Source of the DNA: an uncultured Actinomycetota bacterium
Lineage (GTDB): Bacteria; Actinomycetota; Actinomycetes; JAHEKZ01
Reading direction: 5' to 3'
DNA length: 64,000 bases
NCBI GenBank assembly: GCA_963718235.1
Contig: CAVQYR010000001.1
Span: 2,016,001-2,080,000, forward strand
Under the pieces are notes generated by a model. It did not search any database and had not been told where the DNA came from. It worked only from the letters and a program-made list of their open reading frames with translations. Position numbers and translations under genes: made by a program. Each line of letters starts with the position of its first letter. Within the stretch, counting starts at the first letter, position 1. Of this stretch, positions 49,883 through 59,971 are shown one piece after another.

Positions 49883-50731
49883 ATGCGTGACCTGAGGCTC
49901 GTGGGCCTGTCCGAGGACGGCACCCGGCTGGTGATGGAGCTTCCCAGCGGTGAGCAGTTCGGGCTGCCGGTCGACGAGCGGGTCCACGCCGCGCTGCGGG
50001 GTGACCGGGCCCGACTCGGCCAGCTCCAGATCGAGATGGAGAGCCGGCTGCGCCCACGGGACATCCAGGCCAGGATCCGGGCCGGTCAGACCCTGGAGGA
50101 GGTCGCCGACGAGGCAGGCATCTCGGTCGAGCGGGTGCTGCGCTACGCGGGTCCGGTCCTGCATGAGCGCGAGCACATGGCCCAGCTCGCGGCCAAGGCC
50201 GGCGTGCGGCGCGACGACCACGGCGCCGTCCAGCTGCTCGGTGAGCTCGTCGGGGACCGGCTCGAGCAGCGAGGCGTGCCCCGGGACGCGCTCACCTGGG
50301 ACGCGTGGCGCCGCGACGACGGCGGGTGGGAGGTCCGGCTCGACTACGTGGCCGGCGAGCGCGAGCGCAGCGCGCTGTGGGTCTTCGACTCCCAGCGCAA
50401 GACCGTCGTCCCCGACGACGACGAGGCCCGCTGGCTCATCGAGGAGGAGCCCCAGGCCTCGGTGACCCCGCTGCGCTCGGTGCCCGAACCGGTGGTCGAC
50501 CGGGTCGGCGAGGGCGCCGAGCCCGACTCGCGGGTGGGCGTCGCCGAGCGGGTGAGCGTCCCCGAGGACGTCGCCGAGGCGATCGGTCTGGTCGACTCAG
50601 CACCGTCGGACGACGAGGCCGCCGAGACCGAGCCGGTCGACGAGCCGGCGGCCAAGCCCGCCGCACGGCGCAAGCGGGCGACGGTTCCGAGCTGGGACGA
50701 GATCTTGTTCGGCTCGAAGAAGCCGGACTGA
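49883..50731 (+). CDS. sepH: Septation protein SepH (DUF3071)
   Basis: LRPRDIQARIRAG, R....PVLHER, WDAWRRDDG.W, C-terminal VPSWDEILFG. Confidence 0.9.
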   Translation: MRDLRLVGLSEDGTRLVMELPSGEQFGLPVDERVHAALRGDRARLGQLQIEMESRLRPRDIQARIRAGQTLEEVADEAGISVERVLRYAGPVLHEREHMAQLAAKAGVRRDDHGAVQLLGELVGDRLEQRGVPRDALTWDAWRRDDGGWEVRLDYVAGERERSALWVFDSQRKTVVPDDDEARWLIEEEPQASVTPLRSVPEPVVDRVGEGAEPDSRVGVAERVSVPEDVAEAIGLVDSAPSDDEAAETEPVDEPAAKPAARRKRATVPSWDEILFGSKKPD

Positions 50732-50769
50732 CGGCAGAGCGGCTCGAAGAAGCCGGACTGACCGCAGAA
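50710..50769 (+). repeat. 30-bp tandem duplication spanning the sepH stop codon
   Basis: cggctcgaagaagccggactgacggcagag / cggctcgaagaagccggactgaccgcagaa, 28/30 identical. Confidence 0.9.
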
Positions 50770-50789
50770 CGGCTGGGGCGGCTCCTGGC

Positions 50790-51389
50790 TCAGTGCGCGG
50801 CCGTGGCGCGGGACAGGGCCCGCGCGAAGTCGAGCGCCTCGGCCATCCCTTCCTCGCCGTCGGCGGCCACGCTCATCCGCACCGAGAAGTCGTCGATCGT
50901 GGTCGACCCGGTGAAACCGTGGTCGGCCTCGCACTCCGGGTCGCCGCACGTGGCCGGCTCGAGGTCGAGCCGGCTGATCGCCCCCCAGCCGATGGTCAGC
51001 ACGATCTCGCGGGCGAGCGTCCCGGGTTGGTAGGTCGCGGGCTCGTCGACCACTCGGGTCACGACTACCGAGCCGATTCGGGCCAGGCGCACCGACTCGG
51101 TCGAGGTGGTGGCGTGCGGCCGGGGCAGGGTCGGGTCGGCCGGGTGCTCGTCGGTGTGGCCGACGACCAGACGGGTCGGGGTCAAGACGAGCACGGTGAG
51201 GTGCCGGCGCAGCTCGTCGTGGTCGAACGTGGCCTCGTGGTGGACCAGGTACGACATCACCTGCTCCCCGGCCAGCGCGAGGTCGACCGACTCGACGACC
51301 AGCTCGGGGTAGTACCCGCACCTCTCCACGGCGCGTCGCAGCCCCTCGTGCGGCCTGGTTCCGGTGTCGGTCCACCCCGTGTCGGTCAT
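50790..51389 (-). CDS. DUF5998 family protein
   Basis: GYYPELV, HHEATFD, RRHLTVL, IGWG..SRLDLEPATCGDPECEADHG; SD GGGAGG. Confidence 0.85.
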   Translation of the reverse strand: MTDTGWTDTGTRPHEGLRRAVERCGYYPELVVESVDLALAGEQVMSYLVHHEATFDHDELRRHLTVLVLTPTRLVVGHTDEHPADPTLPRPHATTSTESVRLARIGSVVVTRVVDEPATYQPGTLAREIVLTIGWGAISRLDLEPATCGDPECEADHGFTGSTTIDDFSVRMSVAADGEEGMAEALDFARALSRATAAH

Positions 51390-51457
51390 CTGCACATCCT
51401 CCCACCTTCGCGGTGGTCCGTGCCCCCACGGGACTGGGTGCCGAGGCTCGTCCGGCC

Positions 51458-54130
51458 TCAGCCCAGCAGGCGCCGCGCCGGACGGTCGGTCCGACTGAGC
51501 GGCTGCACCAGGGTCACGTGGACACCGAGCACCGCTGCGCCGGTCTGCCCGACGACGACCGGGCGTAGTGCCAGCGACCCGACCTCCGGCAGGTCGTCGG
51601 CCAGCCGGGCGACCCGAGCCACGACGTTGCGCAGCGAGGCGACGTCGACCGGGTCGCTGGCCTGGGCACCGAAGAGCAGGGGCGCGGCTCGTGGGCTGCG
51701 GATCAGGTCGTCGACGTCGACGTCGGTGAGCGGAGGGATCCGGTAGCCGCGGTCCCCCAGCAGGTCGGTGGCGATGCCGGAGAGCCCGAACGCGACGACC
51801 GGGCCGAACAGCGGGTCCTCCGACGAGGACACCACCGTGGCGACCCCCGGGTCCGCCTGCCGCTGCACGAGGAGTCCCTCGACCTCGTAGGGACGCAGCT
51901 CGTCGGCCCGAAGTGAGAACTCGCGGCGCACCGAGGCCGCGTCGTGCAGGTCGAAGTAGATGCCTCCGAGGTCGCTGCGCAGTCTCAGCAAGGACCTCTG
52001 GGTCTTCAGCACCACCGGGTAGCCCAGCCGCTCTGCGGCCGCCACTGCCTCGTCGGACGTGCGCGCCAGGATCGACGCCCAGACGTCGATGCCGTAGCAG
52101 CCGACCAGCTCGGCCGCCTGCGACGCCGTCAGCTCGACGGCGTCGTCGGGGCCTCGGCCAGCGAGCCACTCACGGACCAGCCCGGAGGCGCGCTCGTCGT
52201 CGACGTCGTCCAGATCCACCGGGGCTCCGGTCGGGCGGTGCCGCCACAGCGAGTAGTGGGTCACCGCCCCGAGTGCACGCACGGCATCCTCGACGGCCCC
52301 GAAGGTCGGAATGGTCCCCATGACGGGGACGCCGTCGGCCGAGAGGCGAAGCAGCAGGTCGTGCACGCCCTCGACCGCGAACATCACCGACACGATCGGC
52401 TTCGTGGCCCGACCAGCGACCCGGGCCAGTGCTCGCGCGACTCCTTCGCCGGTGGCCGCCATGGGTGGGACGAACAGGGTGACGATCGAGTCGACCGCCG
52501 GGTCGTCGACGGCTGCCGCGAGGGCCCGCTCCACGTCCGCGGCAGTGGCGCCCGGGTCGAACAGCAGCGGACGGTCCACGAGCTCGAGCCCGTTCGCGTC
52601 GATCGCGTCGGCGGCCATGACGGCCATCGCGTCGGAGTTGCCCAACGCCAGCACCCTGCGCCCATGCGGCAGGGGCTGGAAAGCCAGCAGCTGGGCGACG
52701 TCGAACATCTGGGCGAGGGTGTCGGTGCGGATCACGCCCGACTGCTCGAACATCTCGTCGACGGCAGCCTGGGGCAGGGACGTCGAGCGCACTGTGTGCC
52801 CCAAGGGGATTCCCTGCGAGGACCGGCCGGTCTTCACCGCCACGATCGGCTTCTGCCGACCCATCCGTCGGGCGATCCGGCTGAACTTCCTGGGGTTGCC
52901 GATCGACTCCAGGTACAGGAGCACGACGTCGGTACCGTCGTCCTCCTCCCAGTACTGCAGGAGGTCGTTCCCGCTGACGTCGGCGCGGTTGCCGGCCGAT
53001 ACGAAGGTGGTCAGGCCGAGCCCCCGCCTCACCAACGACTCGAGCAGGGCAGCGCCCATGGCACCGGACTGGGAGAAGAAGCCGATCGTCCCCCGCCCTG
53101 GCATGACGTGGGAGAGCGAGGCGTTCAGCGACACCTGCGGGTCGGTGTTGAGCACGCCAAGCGCGTTGGGCCCGATGACCCGCATCCCGTTGGACCGTGC
53201 CGTCCGGACGAGCTCGCGCTGCCGATCGGTGCCCTCCTGGCCGCTCTCGGCGAAACCCGACGACACGACCACCAGGCCCCGGGCGCCGACGACAGCGGCC
53301 TGCTCGACAACCTGCAGGACGCTGGGCGCGGGGACGGCGACGACGACGAGGTCGACCGACCCGACGTCGAGCAAAGTTGGCACGGTGGCCAGACCCGCAA
53401 CCTCTGCCGCCGCAGGGTTGACCGGGATCACCGACCCAGTGAAGCCACCCTCGACCAGGTGACGCACCAGTGCATGACCGACCGCGTGCGGATCACGACT
53501 GGCCCCGACCACGGCCACGCTGCGAGGGGTCAGCAGTCGCTGCACCGACACGGACTCGGCCCGGTGCTCCCGGGCCCGGGTCACGGCCATCGACGACGCA
53601 GACGGTTCGATGCCGAACGTCATGTGCACGACGCCGTCGTCGATCGCGGAGGACGCGTCGTATCCCGCGTGCCGGAAGACCTCCATCATGCGGGTGTTCT
53701 CGGGCAGCACCTCGGCGACGAATCGCTGTACCCCGCGTTCCCGCGCGGCCTCGGCGATGTGCTCGAGAAAGACGGTGCCGAGACCTCTGCCCTGGTGGTC
53801 GTCGCGAATCACGAAGGCCACCTCGGCCTCGTGCGGCTCGACCCGGTCGTAGCGCACGACACCGACGATCTCGTCACCGATCGTGGCCACGAGTGCCGCG
53901 CGGTCGTTGTGGTCGACAGTCGTGAACCGCACGACGTCGCGCTCGGTGAGCCGCGGGTACGGAGCGAAGAAGCGGAAGTAGACCGTCTCCGGGGACAACC
54001 GGGCATGGAACCGCCGCAGGCGGTCGGCGTCGTCGGGTCGGATCGGCCGGATGTGACAGGTGCCACCGTCCTTCAGGACGACGTCGGCCTCCCACGCGTG
54101 CGGATACCGCTCCGTCCCGGGGTCGCCCAC
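51458..54130 (-). CDS. GNAT plus NDP-forming acyl-CoA synthetase-like fusion (Pat-type protein lysine acetyltransferase)
   Basis: YP.AWEADVVL.DG, AEVAFVIRDDHQGRGLG, VIGPNALG, SQSG, SAGNRADVSGND, LYLES, DPLFGP. Confidence 0.88.
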   Translation of the reverse strand: MGDPGTERYPHAWEADVVLKDGGTCHIRPIRPDDADRLRRFHARLSPETVYFRFFAPYPRLTERDVVRFTTVDHNDRAALVATIGDEIVGVVRYDRVEPHEAEVAFVIRDDHQGRGLGTVFLEHIAEAARERGVQRFVAEVLPENTRMMEVFRHAGYDASSAIDDGVVHMTFGIEPSASSMAVTRAREHRAESVSVQRLLTPRSVAVVGASRDPHAVGHALVRHLVEGGFTGSVIPVNPAAAEVAGLATVPTLLDVGSVDLVVVAVPAPSVLQVVEQAAVVGARGLVVVSSGFAESGQEGTDRQRELVRTARSNGMRVIGPNALGVLNTDPQVSLNASLSHVMPGRGTIGFFSQSGAMGAALLESLVRRGLGLTTFVSAGNRADVSGNDLLQYWEEDDGTDVVLLYLESIGNPRKFSRIARRMGRQKPIVAVKTGRSSQGIPLGHTVRSTSLPQAAVDEMFEQSGVIRTDTLAQMFDVAQLLAFQPLPHGRRVLALGNSDAMAVMAADAIDANGLELVDRPLLFDPGATAADVERALAAAVDDPAVDSIVTLFVPPMAATGEGVARALARVAGRATKPIVSVMFAVEGVHDLLLRLSADGVPVMGTIPTFGAVEDAVRALGAVTHYSLWRHRPTGAPVDLDDVDDERASGLVREWLAGRGPDDAVELTASQAAELVGCYGIDVWASILARTSDEAVAAAERLGYPVVLKTQRSLLRLRSDLGGIYFDLHDAASVRREFSLRADELRPYEVEGLLVQRQADPGVATVVSSSEDPLFGPVVAFGLSGIATDLLGDRGYRIPPLTDVDVDDLIRSPRAAPLLFGAQASDPVDVASLRNVVARVARLADDLPEVGSLALRPVVVGQTGAAVLGVHVTLVQPLSRTDRPARRLLG

Positions 54131-54205
54131 CCGCCCACGGTAGCCGTCACGATCGGACTCCCTTGCGGGCAGACACGGCGCGACACACCCGGATAGCGTC
54201 CGACC

Positions 54206-55054
54206 ATGGATCCTCAGTTCTCTGTGCCCGTGTCCGGTGGGTCGCTGGGCGGTCGGACCACCGGCGCAGGAAGGCCGGTCCTGCTGTTGCACGGCGGGCC
54301 CGGGCTCTCCTGCGACTACCTCGCCGACCTCGCCGTCGAGCTGGTCCCTGGCTACCAGGTTGCGTGGTACCAGCAGCGCAGCCTTGCACCGTCCACCACC
54401 GAGGGACCCTTCACCGTCGAGCGACACGTCGCCGACCTGGTCGCCGTGCTGGACCACCTCGGGTGGGACCAGGCCTGGGTCGTCGGGCACTCGTGGGGCG
54501 GTCACCTCGCGCTGGCAGCAGCGGTCTCCGCTGGCGAACGACTGTCTGCGGCCGTGGCCGTCGACCCACTGGGAGTGGCGGGAGACGGCGGGGCGGCCGC
54601 GTTCGAGACGGCGATGAATGCTCGAACGCCGGTCGAGTCGCGCGAGCGTGCCGCCGAGCTCGACGAGCGCGCGATGGCGGGTGAGGGAACCGCAGAGGAG
54701 GCCGCCGAGTCACTCCGCCTCTACTGGCCGGCATACTTCGCCGACCCGTCGTCGGCGCCCCCCATGCCACCGATGTCGATATCGCTGCGCGGCTACTCCG
54801 AGACCTGGGCCTCGCTGGTGGCCGGAATGCCACAGCTGACGGCTGAGCTGCCCACAGTCGAGGTCCCCATGGTGTTCGTGCACGGGGAGTGCAGTCCGAT
54901 GCCGGTGTCGGCGAGCACCGACACAGCCGGTCTGATCCCTGGCGCCACCGTCGAGGTAGTGCCCGGCGCGGGTCACTTCGTCTGGCACGAGCGACCGGGC
55001 GCAGTACGTGCCGCTCTCGATCGCCTCGTCGTGGGGCAGGCGCACCCCGGATGA
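54206..55054 (+). CDS. Alpha/beta hydrolase (proline iminopeptidase-like)
   Basis: LHGGPG, GHSWGG nucleophile elbow, GAGHF. Confidence 0.85.
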   Translation: MDPQFSVPVSGGSLGGRTTGAGRPVLLLHGGPGLSCDYLADLAVELVPGYQVAWYQQRSLAPSTTEGPFTVERHVADLVAVLDHLGWDQAWVVGHSWGGHLALAAAVSAGERLSAAVAVDPLGVAGDGGAAAFETAMNARTPVESRERAAELDERAMAGEGTAEEAAESLRLYWPAYFADPSSAPPMPPMSISLRGYSETWASLVAGMPQLTAELPTVEVPMVFVHGECSPMPVSASTDTAGLIPGATVEVVPGAGHFVWHERPGAVRAALDRLVVGQAHPG

Positions 55055-55974
55055 CCACGTCCCCCCTGCACGTCGCACCCGAGGTGGCCGACGCGCTCGC
55101 CGACGGTCGCGGCGTCGTCGCCCTCGAGTCGACCATCATCGCCCACGGTCTGACCCGACCGGACAACCTGCGGGTTGCGGCCGAGGTCGAGTCGACCGTG
55201 CGCGCGGCGGGAGCGGTCCCAGCCACCGTTGCGGTGCTCCACGGGGTCGTGTCGGTCGGACTCACCGCCGAGGAGCTGGCCAGGGTCGCTGAGACCGACG
55301 ACGTCGTGAAGCTGAGCACCCGAGACCTCGCTCCCGCCGTCGCGTCCGGCCGCGACGGCGCCACGACCGTGGCCGCGACCGCACGGATCGCCCGGCTGGT
55401 CGGCATCGAGGTCATGGCCACCGGCGGGCTCGGCGGCGTGCACCGCGAGGCACGCAGCACCTGGGACGAGTCAGCCGACCTGACCACCCTCGGCCAGACC
55501 GGGATCACCGTCGTCTCGGCCGGGGTGAAGTCGATCCTGGACGTCAGTGCCACGCTCGAGCGCCTCGAGACGCTCAACGTCACCGTGCTCGGCTACCGGA
55601 CCAACGCGTTCCCCGCCTTCTACCTGGTCGACAGTGGTCTCGCCGTCGACTGGCGGGTCGACACCCCCCAGGAGGTCGCCGCGATCGTGTCCGCCCGGGT
55701 GGCGCTGGGGCTGCACAGAAGCGCGCTGCTCGTGGCCAACCCCGTGCCACAGCCGGTGGCGTTGGACCCCGACCTGCACGACCAGACCCTGGCCGCCGGC
55801 CTCGCGGCCGCGGATCGCGAGGGCGTCCACGGCAAGGCGGTCACCCCCTTCCTGCTCGAGTGGCTGCACCGCGAGACCTCCGGCGCCTCCCTGCGGGCCA
55901 ACGAGGTGATCATCCGCAACAACGCCGCGCTTGCGGCCACGATCGCGGTCGCCCTGAAGGGTCACCGCTCATGA
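55051..55974 (+). CDS. psuG: Pseudouridine-5'-phosphate glycosidase
   Basis: VALESTIIAHG, ATTVAAT, ATGGLGGVHR, DESADL, GVKSILD, GKAVTPFLL. Confidence 0.93.
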   Translation: MTTSPLHVAPEVADALADGRGVVALESTIIAHGLTRPDNLRVAAEVESTVRAAGAVPATVAVLHGVVSVGLTAEELARVAETDDVVKLSTRDLAPAVASGRDGATTVAATARIARLVGIEVMATGGLGGVHREARSTWDESADLTTLGQTGITVVSAGVKSILDVSATLERLETLNVTVLGYRTNAFPAFYLVDSGLAVDWRVDTPQEVAAIVSARVALGLHRSALLVANPVPQPVALDPDLHDQTLAAGLAAADREGVHGKAVTPFLLEWLHRETSGASLRANEVIIRNNAALAATIAVALKGHRS

Positions 55975-56855
55975 CCGGACCACGCGTGGTGACGGTCGGA
56001 GACCTGTTCATCGACGTGATCGCCGAGCTCGCCAGCTCCCTTCGCCACGGAGACGACACCCGGGCGCGGATCTCGCTCCACGGTGGAGGCGCCACTGCGA
56101 ACACCGCGGTCTGGCTGGCCGAGCAGGGGGTCCTGGTCGGCGCCGTTGCCAGGGTGGGCGACGACGCCTGGGGGCGCGCAGCCATCGAGATGCTCGGCAA
56201 CGACCACGTCACCGTGCACGAGATCCGGGACCAGGAACGTCCGACCGGCACCTGTGTGGTCCTCGTCGACACCGACGGCGAGCGAAGCATGGCCAGCGAC
56301 CCCGGGGCCAGCGCGTGGCTGTCGGCCGACGACCTGCCCTGGGCCTGGTTCACCTCCGGGACCCACCTGCACCTGTCCGGCTACTCCCTCGCCCAGCCGG
56401 AGTCGCGACAAGGTGTGAAGGCGGCCGTGGCCCTGGCCCGCGAAGCCCAGATGACCCTCTCGCTGGACCCGGGCTCGGTCACCACGGTGGAGTCGATCGG
56501 AGTCACCGAGTTCCTCGCCGAGGTCCGTGGGTTCGACCTGCTCCTTCCCAACGACGACGAGGCCATGGCGCTCACCGGCGCGCGCAGCCCCGAGGCCGCT
56601 GCGCAGGCCCTGGCCGCGGCGACCCGCGAGGTCGTGGTCAAGCTCGGGTCCGACGGAGCCCTGTGGAGCGACGGCCGGCGGGTCGTGCACGTCCCCGCCG
56701 AGCCGGTCGCCGTCCTCGACACCACCGGCGCCGGCGATGCCTTCGCCGCCGGGTTCCTGGCCAGGTGGCTGGACGGCCAGGACCCGGTGCGCTGCCTGCG
56801 CCAGGGGGCGGTCGTGGCCTCCGCCTGCGTCCAGCGGGTCGGCGCCCGCCCCTGA
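55971..56855 (+). CDS. PfkB carbohydrate kinase (probable pseudouridine kinase)
   Basis: GGATANTA, VGDD, PNDDEA, DTTGAGDAF; ATGA overlap with psuG. Confidence 0.85.
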   Translation: MTGPRVVTVGDLFIDVIAELASSLRHGDDTRARISLHGGGATANTAVWLAEQGVLVGAVARVGDDAWGRAAIEMLGNDHVTVHEIRDQERPTGTCVVLVDTDGERSMASDPGASAWLSADDLPWAWFTSGTHLHLSGYSLAQPESRQGVKAAVALAREAQMTLSLDPGSVTTVESIGVTEFLAEVRGFDLLLPNDDEAMALTGARSPEAAAQALAAATREVVVKLGSDGALWSDGRRVVHVPAEPVAVLDTTGAGDAFAAGFLARWLDGQDPVRCLRQGAVVASACVQRVGARP

Positions 56856-56936
56856 ACCGGGTCGCTGCTCGGCTTCGTCGGTGCGGACAGCGACAATGGG
56901 CGAGCCGAACCCGTCGACGCCAGGAGCCCCAGCCAG

Positions 56937-59381
56937 ATGGCCCGCCGAACCAGCAAGTCCAGCCCCCCGCCCGAGGACTTCGTCGAGCGCATCGTCGACG
57001 TCGACGTCGCCGAGGAGATGCAAGGCAGCTTCCTGGAGTACGCGTACTCGGTGATCTACAGCCGGGCGCTTCCCGACGCGCGCGACGGCCTGAAGCCGGT
57101 CCACCGCCGCATCCTGTTCCAGATGGACGACATGGGTCTTCGACCCGACCGAGGGCACGTGAAGTCCGCTCGGGTGGTCGGTGAGGTGATGGGCAAGCTG
57201 CACCCCCATGGCGATGGCGCCATCTACGACGCCCTGGTCCGGATGGCCCAGTCGTTCTCGATGCGGCTGCCGCTCGTCGACGGGCACGGCAACTTCGGTT
57301 CGCCCGACGCCGGGCCGGCGGCCATGCGGTACACCGAGTGCCGGATGGCGGCCCCCGCCCTGCTGATGACGGCCTCGATCGACGAGGACGTCGTCGACTT
57401 CGGCCCCAACTACGACGGGCAGCTGCGCGAGCCGGAGGTGCTCCCGGCCGCCTACCCCAACCTCCTGGTCAACGGCGCCTCGGGCATCGCGGTCGGAATG
57501 GCCACCAACATGGCCCCGCACAACCTCGGCGAGGTGGTGGCCGCTGCGCGGCACCTGATCAAGCACCCCAAGGCGGGCCTCGACGACCTCATGCGCTTCG
57601 TGCCCGGTCCCGACCTCCCGACCGGCGGCAAGATCGTCGGGCTCGAGGGCATCCGGGAGGCCTACGAGACCGGGCGCGGCAGCTTCCGGATCAGGGCGAC
57701 GACCCGGATCGAGAACGTCACTGCGCGGCGCAAGGGCATCGTGGTCACCGAGCTGCCCTACGGGGTCGGGGCCGAGAAGGTCGTCGAGAAGATCGCCGAC
57801 CTGGTCAAGGCCAAGAAGCTGCAAGGCATCGCCGACATCACCGACCTCACCGACCACGACTCCGGGCTTCGGCTGGTGGTCGAGGTCAAGAACGGGTTCA
57901 ACCCGGAGGCTGTGCTCGACGACCTCTTCCGACTCACGCCGATGGAGGACTCGTTCGGCATCAACGCGGTCGCCCTGGTCGACGGCCAACCCGCCACCCT
58001 GGGGCTCCGACAGCTGCTGCAGGTGTTCGTCGACCATCGACTCCAGGTCGTCCACCGACGGTCGCTGTTCCGGCGGACGAAGGCCGCCGACCGGCTGCAC
58101 CTGGTCGACGGCCTGCTGATCGCCATCCTCGACATCGACGAGGTCATCGACGTCATCCGAGGCAGCGACGACGCGGCACAGGCACGCGAGCGGCTGATGG
58201 CGGTGTTCGAGCTGACCGAGGTTCAGACCACCTACATCCTCGACATGCCGCTGCGCAGGCTCACGAAGTTCTCCCGGATCGAGCTCGAGTCCGAGCGAAC
58301 CACGCTGCAGAGCACCATCGACGAGCTGTCGGAGATCATCGACGACGAGGGCCGCCTGCGCCGGCTCGTCTCCGACGAGCTGTCCGACGTCGCCAAGCGG
58401 TTCGCCACGCCCCGCCGCACGGTGCTCCTGGAGTCCGCGGGCGCGCCCTCGCTCGCCGTGCCGCTGGAGGTCAGTGACGACCCGTGCCGGGTGCTGCTGT
58501 CGTCCACCGGACTGCTCGCCCGCACCAGTACCGACGAGGCCCTGCCGCGGGGTGGGGAACGCACCAAGCACGACGTCATCGTGTCCGCGGTCTCGGCCAC
58601 GGCTCGCGGCGACATCGGTGTTGCCACCTCCGCCGGGCGGGTCATCCGGCTCAGCGTGCTCGACCTGCCCGCCCTGCCGACGACGGCGACATCGCCGAAC
58701 CTCGCAGGCGGGGCGCCGATTCCCGAGTTCGTCGAGCTCGACAAGGGAGAACGTGCCCTGGCGCTGGTCGCGCTCGGTTCCGACACCGCCGGACTCGCCC
58801 TGGGTACCGCATCCGGGGTGGTGAAGCGGGTCATGGTCGATGCCCCGGCCAACAAGGACAGCTGGGAGGTCATCGGCCTCAGGGACGACGACGAGGTGGT
58901 CGGAGTCGTCCAGCTGCGTACCGGCGACGAGCAGCTGGTCTTCGTCACCGCCGAGGCGCAGCTGCTCCGGTTCGACGCCTCCGCCGTCCGCCCGCAGGGC
59001 CGACCGGCCGGGGGGATGGCCGGAGTCAAGCTCGCCCCGAGTGACCGCGTCGTCTACTTCGGTGCCGTCGACCCGTCGGTCGATAGCGAGGTGGTCACGG
59101 TGAGCGGGTCCTCAGCGGCACTTCCCGGTACCGACGCCGGGTCGGTCAAGGTCACCCCGTTCGTCGAGTACCCGGGTAAGGGTCGCGGCACTGGTGGAGT
59201 CCGCTGCCACCGGTTCCTCAAGGGTGAAGACACCCTGCTGCTCGCCTGGGTTGGCCCCGCCCCCGGCCGTGCCGCCGCCGCGACCGGGGTACCGCTGGCA
59301 CTGCCAGAGCCGGTCGGACGCCGCGACGGCTCGGGGACCGCCGGCACTCAGCCCATCGCTTCGGTGGCGGGTCCGGCATGA
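56937..59381 (+). CDS. parC: DNA topoisomerase IV subunit A (GyrA-like)
   Basis: [33 protein letters not shown]; actinobacterial Topo IV context convergent with parE. Confidence 0.9.
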   Translation: MARRTSKSSPPPEDFVERIVDVDVAEEMQGSFLEYAYSVIYSRALPDARDGLKPVHRRILFQMDDMGLRPDRGHVKSARVVGEVMGKLHPHGDGAIYDALVRMAQSFSMRLPLVDGHGNFGSPDAGPAAMRYTECRMAAPALLMTASIDEDVVDFGPNYDGQLREPEVLPAAYPNLLVNGASGIAVGMATNMAPHNLGEVVAAARHLIKHPKAGLDDLMRFVPGPDLPTGGKIVGLEGIREAYETGRGSFRIRATTRIENVTARRKGIVVTELPYGVGAEKVVEKIADLVKAKKLQGIADITDLTDHDSGLRLVVEVKNGFNPEAVLDDLFRLTPMEDSFGINAVALVDGQPATLGLRQLLQVFVDHRLQVVHRRSLFRRTKAADRLHLVDGLLIAILDIDEVIDVIRGSDDAAQARERLMAVFELTEVQTTYILDMPLRRLTKFSRIELESERTTLQSTIDELSEIIDDEGRLRRLVSDELSDVAKRFATPRRTVLLESAGAPSLAVPLEVSDDPCRVLLSSTGLLARTSTDEALPRGGERTKHDVIVSAVSATARGDIGVATSAGRVIRLSVLDLPALPTTATSPNLAGGAPIPEFVELDKGERALALVALGSDTAGLALGTASGVVKRVMVDAPANKDSWEVIGLRDDDEVVGVVQLRTGDEQLVFVTAEAQLLRFDASAVRPQGRPAGGMAGVKLAPSDRVVYFGAVDPSVDSEVVTVSGSSAALPGTDAGSVKVTPFVEYPGKGRGTGGVRCHRFLKGEDTLLLAWVGPAPGRAAAATGVPLALPEPVGRRDGSGTAGTQPIASVAGPA

Positions 59382-59965
59382 CCGCGGGCCTCCCTTGGAA
59401 GCTCGCACTGGTCTGCCTCGTCGTGGCACTCACTGCTGGGGTCGGCGGGAGCGCTGCCGCCACGGGCGACCCACGGGAGCGGGCCGACGGTCGCTTCTGG
59501 ACCGACGACACCTCGTTCTACCGTTCGCCGTGGTTCGCCCGAGCCCACCGGATCATGATCCCGTTCGGCTGCACGAGGGCCCCCTACTACTCCCCCGACC
59601 CACGCTGCCGATACCCGCAGGGCTTCCACCACGGGATCGACCTGGCGATGCGCTGCGGCACCCGGATCTTCTCCGACGTCCGCGGTCGAGTGGTCCGCCC
59701 GAACTCGCAGGGGTCGCTCGGTTCCGCCTACGGCGGCAAGGCGTTCCGGATCCGTCATCAAGGCCACGACTTCGTGTTCGGTCACGTCCAGCGGGTGTAC
59801 GTGCAGCCCGGCGACCGGGTCCGCCGTGGCACGCTGATCGCTCGAGCGGGCGACCTCGGAGCGCCCGACGGATGCCACCTGCACTTCGAGGTCCGTCCGG
59901 CTCGGGGCGGCTACTCGACCGCGGTTGTTCCTCGACCCTTCCTCCAGCTGCGTCGGGTGCGCTGA
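59378..59965 (+). CDS. Secreted M23 metallopeptidase
   Basis: Signal peptide, HHGID and HLHFE motifs, VQPGDRV; ATGA overlap with parC. Confidence 0.85.
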   Translation: MTAGLPWKLALVCLVVALTAGVGGSAAATGDPRERADGRFWTDDTSFYRSPWFARAHRIMIPFGCTRAPYYSPDPRCRYPQGFHHGIDLAMRCGTRIFSDVRGRVVRPNSQGSLGSAYGGKAFRIRHQGHDFVFGHVQRVYVQPGDRVRRGTLIARAGDLGAPDGCHLHFEVRPARGGYSTAVVPRPFLQLRRVR

Positions 59966-59971
59966 GCACCC

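Noticed and set aside
50710-50774. Possible mini CRISPR array
   Set aside because: Only two adjacent copies, no unique spacers and no cas genes
55962-58571. 869-aa antisense ORF, and similar long shadows such as 51944-54196, 24027-25409, 37786-39219 and 62524-63906
   Set aside because: They lie opposite well-conserved genes; long stop-free antisense frames are expected from high-GC codon bias, and they contain no recognisable motifs
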